Below the pieces are notes generated by a model that had not been told where the DNA came from, did not search any database, and worked only from the letters and a program-made list of their open reading frames with translations. Shown here piece by piece: positions 56,862 through 59,504 of a stretch of DNA of 59,504 bases (positions within the stretch are counted from its first letter, which is position 1; every line of letters begins with the position of its first letter). The translations under genes were made by a program, and so were the position numbers. Source of the stretch: a virus. Lineage: Duplodnaviria > Caudoviricetes. The stretch spans positions 1 to 59,504 of the IMG/VR virus record IMGVR_UViG_3300050021_000174; one strand, written 5' to 3'.

Positions 56862-57530
56862 ATGAATGTTTTCGCGTACTTGCGGGTTTCTACTAGTGAA
56901 CAGGACGTTCATGCCCAGCGTGGAGCCATTGAGCGGTTTGCCGCCAGCAACGATGTCACCATTTCAAGGTGGTATGAGTTCTCGATTAGTTCGAGGAAGA
57001 GCATGGAAGACCGGGGTATAACTGAGCTTCTGTCGAAACTAAAACCCGGTGACGAATTGATCGTTTCGGAAATATCAAGATTGGCCCGTAGCGTAGGTGA
57101 GATTGCGACGATATGCGATACGCTTTTACAGAAGAGAGTCCGTCTGATATGCCTGAAAGAACGTATAGACCTCAAAAGAAATGGCCGGGACATGGACCTG
57201 ACTTCGCAAGTCCAAATAAGTATGTTTGCCCTGTTCGCTCAAATATCCAGGAGTTTAACGAGTCTGCGGACTCGTGAGGGCCTAGCAGCAACCCGAGCTA
57301 GAGGTACGGTCCTTGGAAACCCCCGCCTGTCTGAGCTTAACGACCGCAAGAAGGCAGAAGCCCGTACCTTCGCTTTAACACTGGAACCGATAGTCCGACC
57401 CATGATCGAAAAGAAGATGTCCCGGCAGGCTATTTGTAACGAACTCAACCGGCGTAAGATTAAGGCTCGGCGGGGCGGGAAGTGGTCGCAACTTCAATTA
57501 AGCCACGCGTTGAAGCAGATGGATGGCTAG
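56862..57530 (+). CDS. Serine resolvase/invertase with recombinase C-terminal HTH
   Basis: YLRVST..Q, GDELIVSEISRLARS, RTREGLAA.RARG..LGNP. Confidence 0.9.
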   Translation: MNVFAYLRVSTSEQDVHAQRGAIERFAASNDVTISRWYEFSISSRKSMEDRGITELLSKLKPGDELIVSEISRLARSVGEIATICDTLLQKRVRLICLKERIDLKRNGRDMDLTSQVQISMFALFAQISRSLTSLRTREGLAATRARGTVLGNPRLSELNDRKKAEARTFALTLEPIVRPMIEKKMSRQAICNELNRRKIKARRGGKWSQLQLSHALKQMDG

Positions 57531-57531
57531 G

Positions 57532-57717
57532 TCATTCGGGACATCGCTTGAGTGTGTCGAATCCACCACCGTTCCAGCACGACTCTTCGTTCTTTTTCTT
57601 GTTAGGAAGATTGTTTGTGCAGTCCCTTACCCCTAACTGCACAATGCAGTTATCATTTGTTGCCTCATACTCGTCAATGACAACCGCCAGCTTATCCAAA
57701 AATTCGGTCCAGTTCAT
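57532..57717 (-). CDS. Small Cys-containing hypothetical protein
   Basis: GGGAAGGG RBS. Confidence 0.4.
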   Translation of the reverse strand: MNWTEFLDKLAVVIDEYEATNDNCIVQLGVRDCTNNLPNKKKNEESCWNGGGFDTLKRCPE

Positions 57718-57778
57718 CTCACCCTTCCCCTAACTCCGCTTCAGATTCAGCATTTACTAAAGATACTTAGGACGTAAC

Positions 57779-58060
57779 TTAATCCCGAAAGTAAGCGGGA
57801 TAAGAAAAATTAGATAACTTGGCTTCGTAATATTCCATTTCGGCTCGTTGCAGTTCTTTGCTGTCGTGGGAGGCTATGGCTTTTTGAAGTAGCAATTCGA
57901 AGGTTATCCTATTCGCGGTTTGCCGGTCCTCTTGGCTTTTTATGACCCCATTGTTCACCGCCTCAATCACAGCCCATAGGTCGAGATCGTCTACCCGCTG
58001 TTGGTAGATTTCCTCGGTATCAACTTCATTGTCGCCCTTGCCAATAGTTACCCAGAACAT
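57779..58060 (-). CDS. Hypothetical protein
   Basis: ORF in the leftward cluster. Confidence 0.45.
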   Translation of the reverse strand: MFWVTIGKGDNEVDTEEIYQQRVDDLDLWAVIEAVNNGVIKSQEDRQTANRITFELLLQKAIASHDSKELQRAEMEYYEAKLSNFSYPAYFRD

Positions 58061-58062
58061 AG

Positions 58063-58389
58063 CTATCTCACCCTTCCCCTAATAACCGCAATCTCTTCCT
58101 GCGTGAACATCTCGGCAGGCTCGAAGAATACAAAACTAAACTCTAGGCCCCGTACCTTGCGGAGATCCAATCTGGATGCAATATCCAAAAACACCATCTC
58201 GGCCCCGTTCTTAAACTTGCACCACGCCCTCTTGTGGCTCCACTCAGACCAATGATCTTGGAGAAGGATACACAGACGGGCCTGAGCGTACCGCTGGTCT
58301 GAAACGCGCCTACAGGCTATCAGGCCGGTTCCGTTGGGATAGCGGTTACTCTTCTCTATAATGAGTGATGCAAGTTCGGTTGGGTTCAT
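58063..58389 (-). CDS. Hypothetical protein resembling a fragment of a terminase ATPase
   Basis: KFKNGAEMVF...KVRGLEFSFVFFEPAEMF. Confidence 0.4.
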   Translation of the reverse strand: MNPTELASLIIEKSNRYPNGTGLIACRRVSDQRYAQARLCILLQDHWSEWSHKRAWCKFKNGAEMVFLDIASRLDLRKVRGLEFSFVFFEPAEMFTQEEIAVIRGRVR

Positions 58390-58407
58390 GATTGTTGATC
58401 TCCACTT

Positions 58408-59253
58408 TTATATGGGGTTCGGATAGACGGTTTCAGTTCTACGCCAAAAAAAGTTCCTAACCGAATCCTTGCCTTTCCTGTTGGCGTTCCAGGCCATAAT
58501 CAATATGGCAAGGTATTCGTAGTCCATATACGTCGCTCGGTCTGATTTCATCTGGCGCATACGCTCTCTCGCTACGAGTACTGGATGCCCACTGCTCAGA
58601 CCTGCGCCAGTAAGTAATTGATTAAACATGCTATCTGCCAGTTCCTTGTGTATGTTCTTTAGTAGATAATGGGCGAACGCGACAATGCCCGGAGCACATA
58701 TTCCCCTTAACACCCCGGATTTTTTGTTTAAAAACTGAATCGATTCCCGTATGGTAGGATGCTTTGCTAAATATACCGAAGCCAACTGCGGGGTCATCCT
58801 TTTAACGGTGGTGGTGGGTATTCCCCCATCACGAGATTCCCATCTTTGCACCCACGTCAGTACGGCGGCGAGGGTCTTGCAATTAGTCTCGCCATCTATT
58901 TTTAGGCTATCGGCTATAGACCTAGTTTTACCTCGGTCTATGGTTTTAAAGACATCTGCATGTAGCCCCCACACGATAGTTACCGGGATGGATGCCCCCG
59001 ATTTAACTACTGCCATCAATCTATGCTGACCATCTAGCAGACAGTCGTTTTCGCTTATTTTAATGGTTTCGCCGTTGTCTTGCCATCTCCTTTCGCGCAT
59101 GTCCTGCGCGTAGCGTTCTACGATGAACTTATCTATGTTTCTGTTCTTGGAATAGTTCCTTTCAAGAATGCTCCGGGCGAAATCGGGAGACATTACGACT
59201 CTCTCCACAACAACACCGTCTTGGATGATCCTTGACATTAGCGGATTTCCCAT
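58408..59253 (-). CDS. ParB/Srx-like N-terminal domain protein
   Basis: NRNI....VERYAQDM....WQDNGETI...LLDGQHRLMAVV...IDRGKTRS. Confidence 0.8.
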   Translation of the reverse strand: MGNPLMSRIIQDGVVVERVVMSPDFARSILERNYSKNRNIDKFIVERYAQDMRERRWQDNGETIKISENDCLLDGQHRLMAVVKSGASIPVTIVWGLHADVFKTIDRGKTRSIADSLKIDGETNCKTLAAVLTWVQRWESRDGGIPTTTVKRMTPQLASVYLAKHPTIRESIQFLNKKSGVLRGICAPGIVAFAHYLLKNIHKELADSMFNQLLTGAGLSSGHPVLVARERMRQMKSDRATYMDYEYLAILIMAWNANRKGKDSVRNFFWRRTETVYPNPI

Positions 59254-59331
59254 CTCACTCTCCCTTCCTGCAAACCCAACTTCACCTTTTATTTTTGAGG
59301 CTCAGGGAACAACCCCCGGACTCTGATTCAT

Positions 59332-59377
59332 GAAATCTGGAACTGCAAGCCTCTGACTTAAGTCAGGGGTAGTTGAC
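59332..59377 (+). mobile_element. 46-bp single-hairpin relic of the same IS200/IS605 family
   Basis: TTCAT|GAAATCTGGAACTGCAAG-CCTCTGACTTAAGTCAGGGG-TAGTTGAC; matches the RE at ~53235-53274 with two differences. Confidence 0.8.
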
Positions 59378-59504
59378 CCTAATACCTCCCGTGTCTTGCG
59401 TTCTGCTGTATCTGAAAACGCTCGCTGTCAATGTCCGTTAGCGCCCGATCCCTCTCGCGCCGATATTCATTGGCCCTGTCTTGCTCATGCTGCCGGTACA
59501 TATC
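59378..59504. repeat. Terminal direct repeat, copy 2
   Basis: Identical to 1-127. Confidence 0.95.

Overview
The window looks like one complete, circularly permuted ~59.4-kb podovirus-type (BPP-1/T7-like virion module) phage genome; bases 1-127 recur at 59378-59504 as an assembly overlap. The minus strand from ~50.7 to 24.9 kb carries TerL, portal, scaffold, major capsid, tail tubular A/B, internal virion proteins, an ATP-grasp ligase, a collagen-like tail fibre and a glycosyltransferase-methyltransferase fusion. Lysis genes lie at 51-56 kb and TerS is displaced to 3.4-4.0 kb. Replication genes (prim-pol/helicase, SpoVG-like SSB) and recombination genes (ERF, exonuclease) are present. The lysogeny module is decayed: Xis plus an integrase lacking its catalytic domain, and no clear CI. 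Most notable observations: (1) an IS200/IS605 element (23509-24906) in which a LAGLIDADG homing endonuclease has replaced tnpB and is fused in frame to a TnpB-like C-terminal tail over the presumed omega-RNA region; it shares ends with a tnpB-only sibling (52032-53274) and a 46-bp single-hairpin relic (59332-59377); (2) a ~300-nt tRNA-shaped non-coding RNA with a ~220-nt structured variable arm (16987-17288), preceded by another structured domain; (3) a dual-reading-frame (M.EcoHK31I-like) C5 methyltransferase in which one extra base breaks both frames; (4) an immobilised but catalytically intact TnpB inside the replication operon; (5) a putative virion-protein modification cassette. All calls come from motif recognition by eye; no database search or RNA folding was run.
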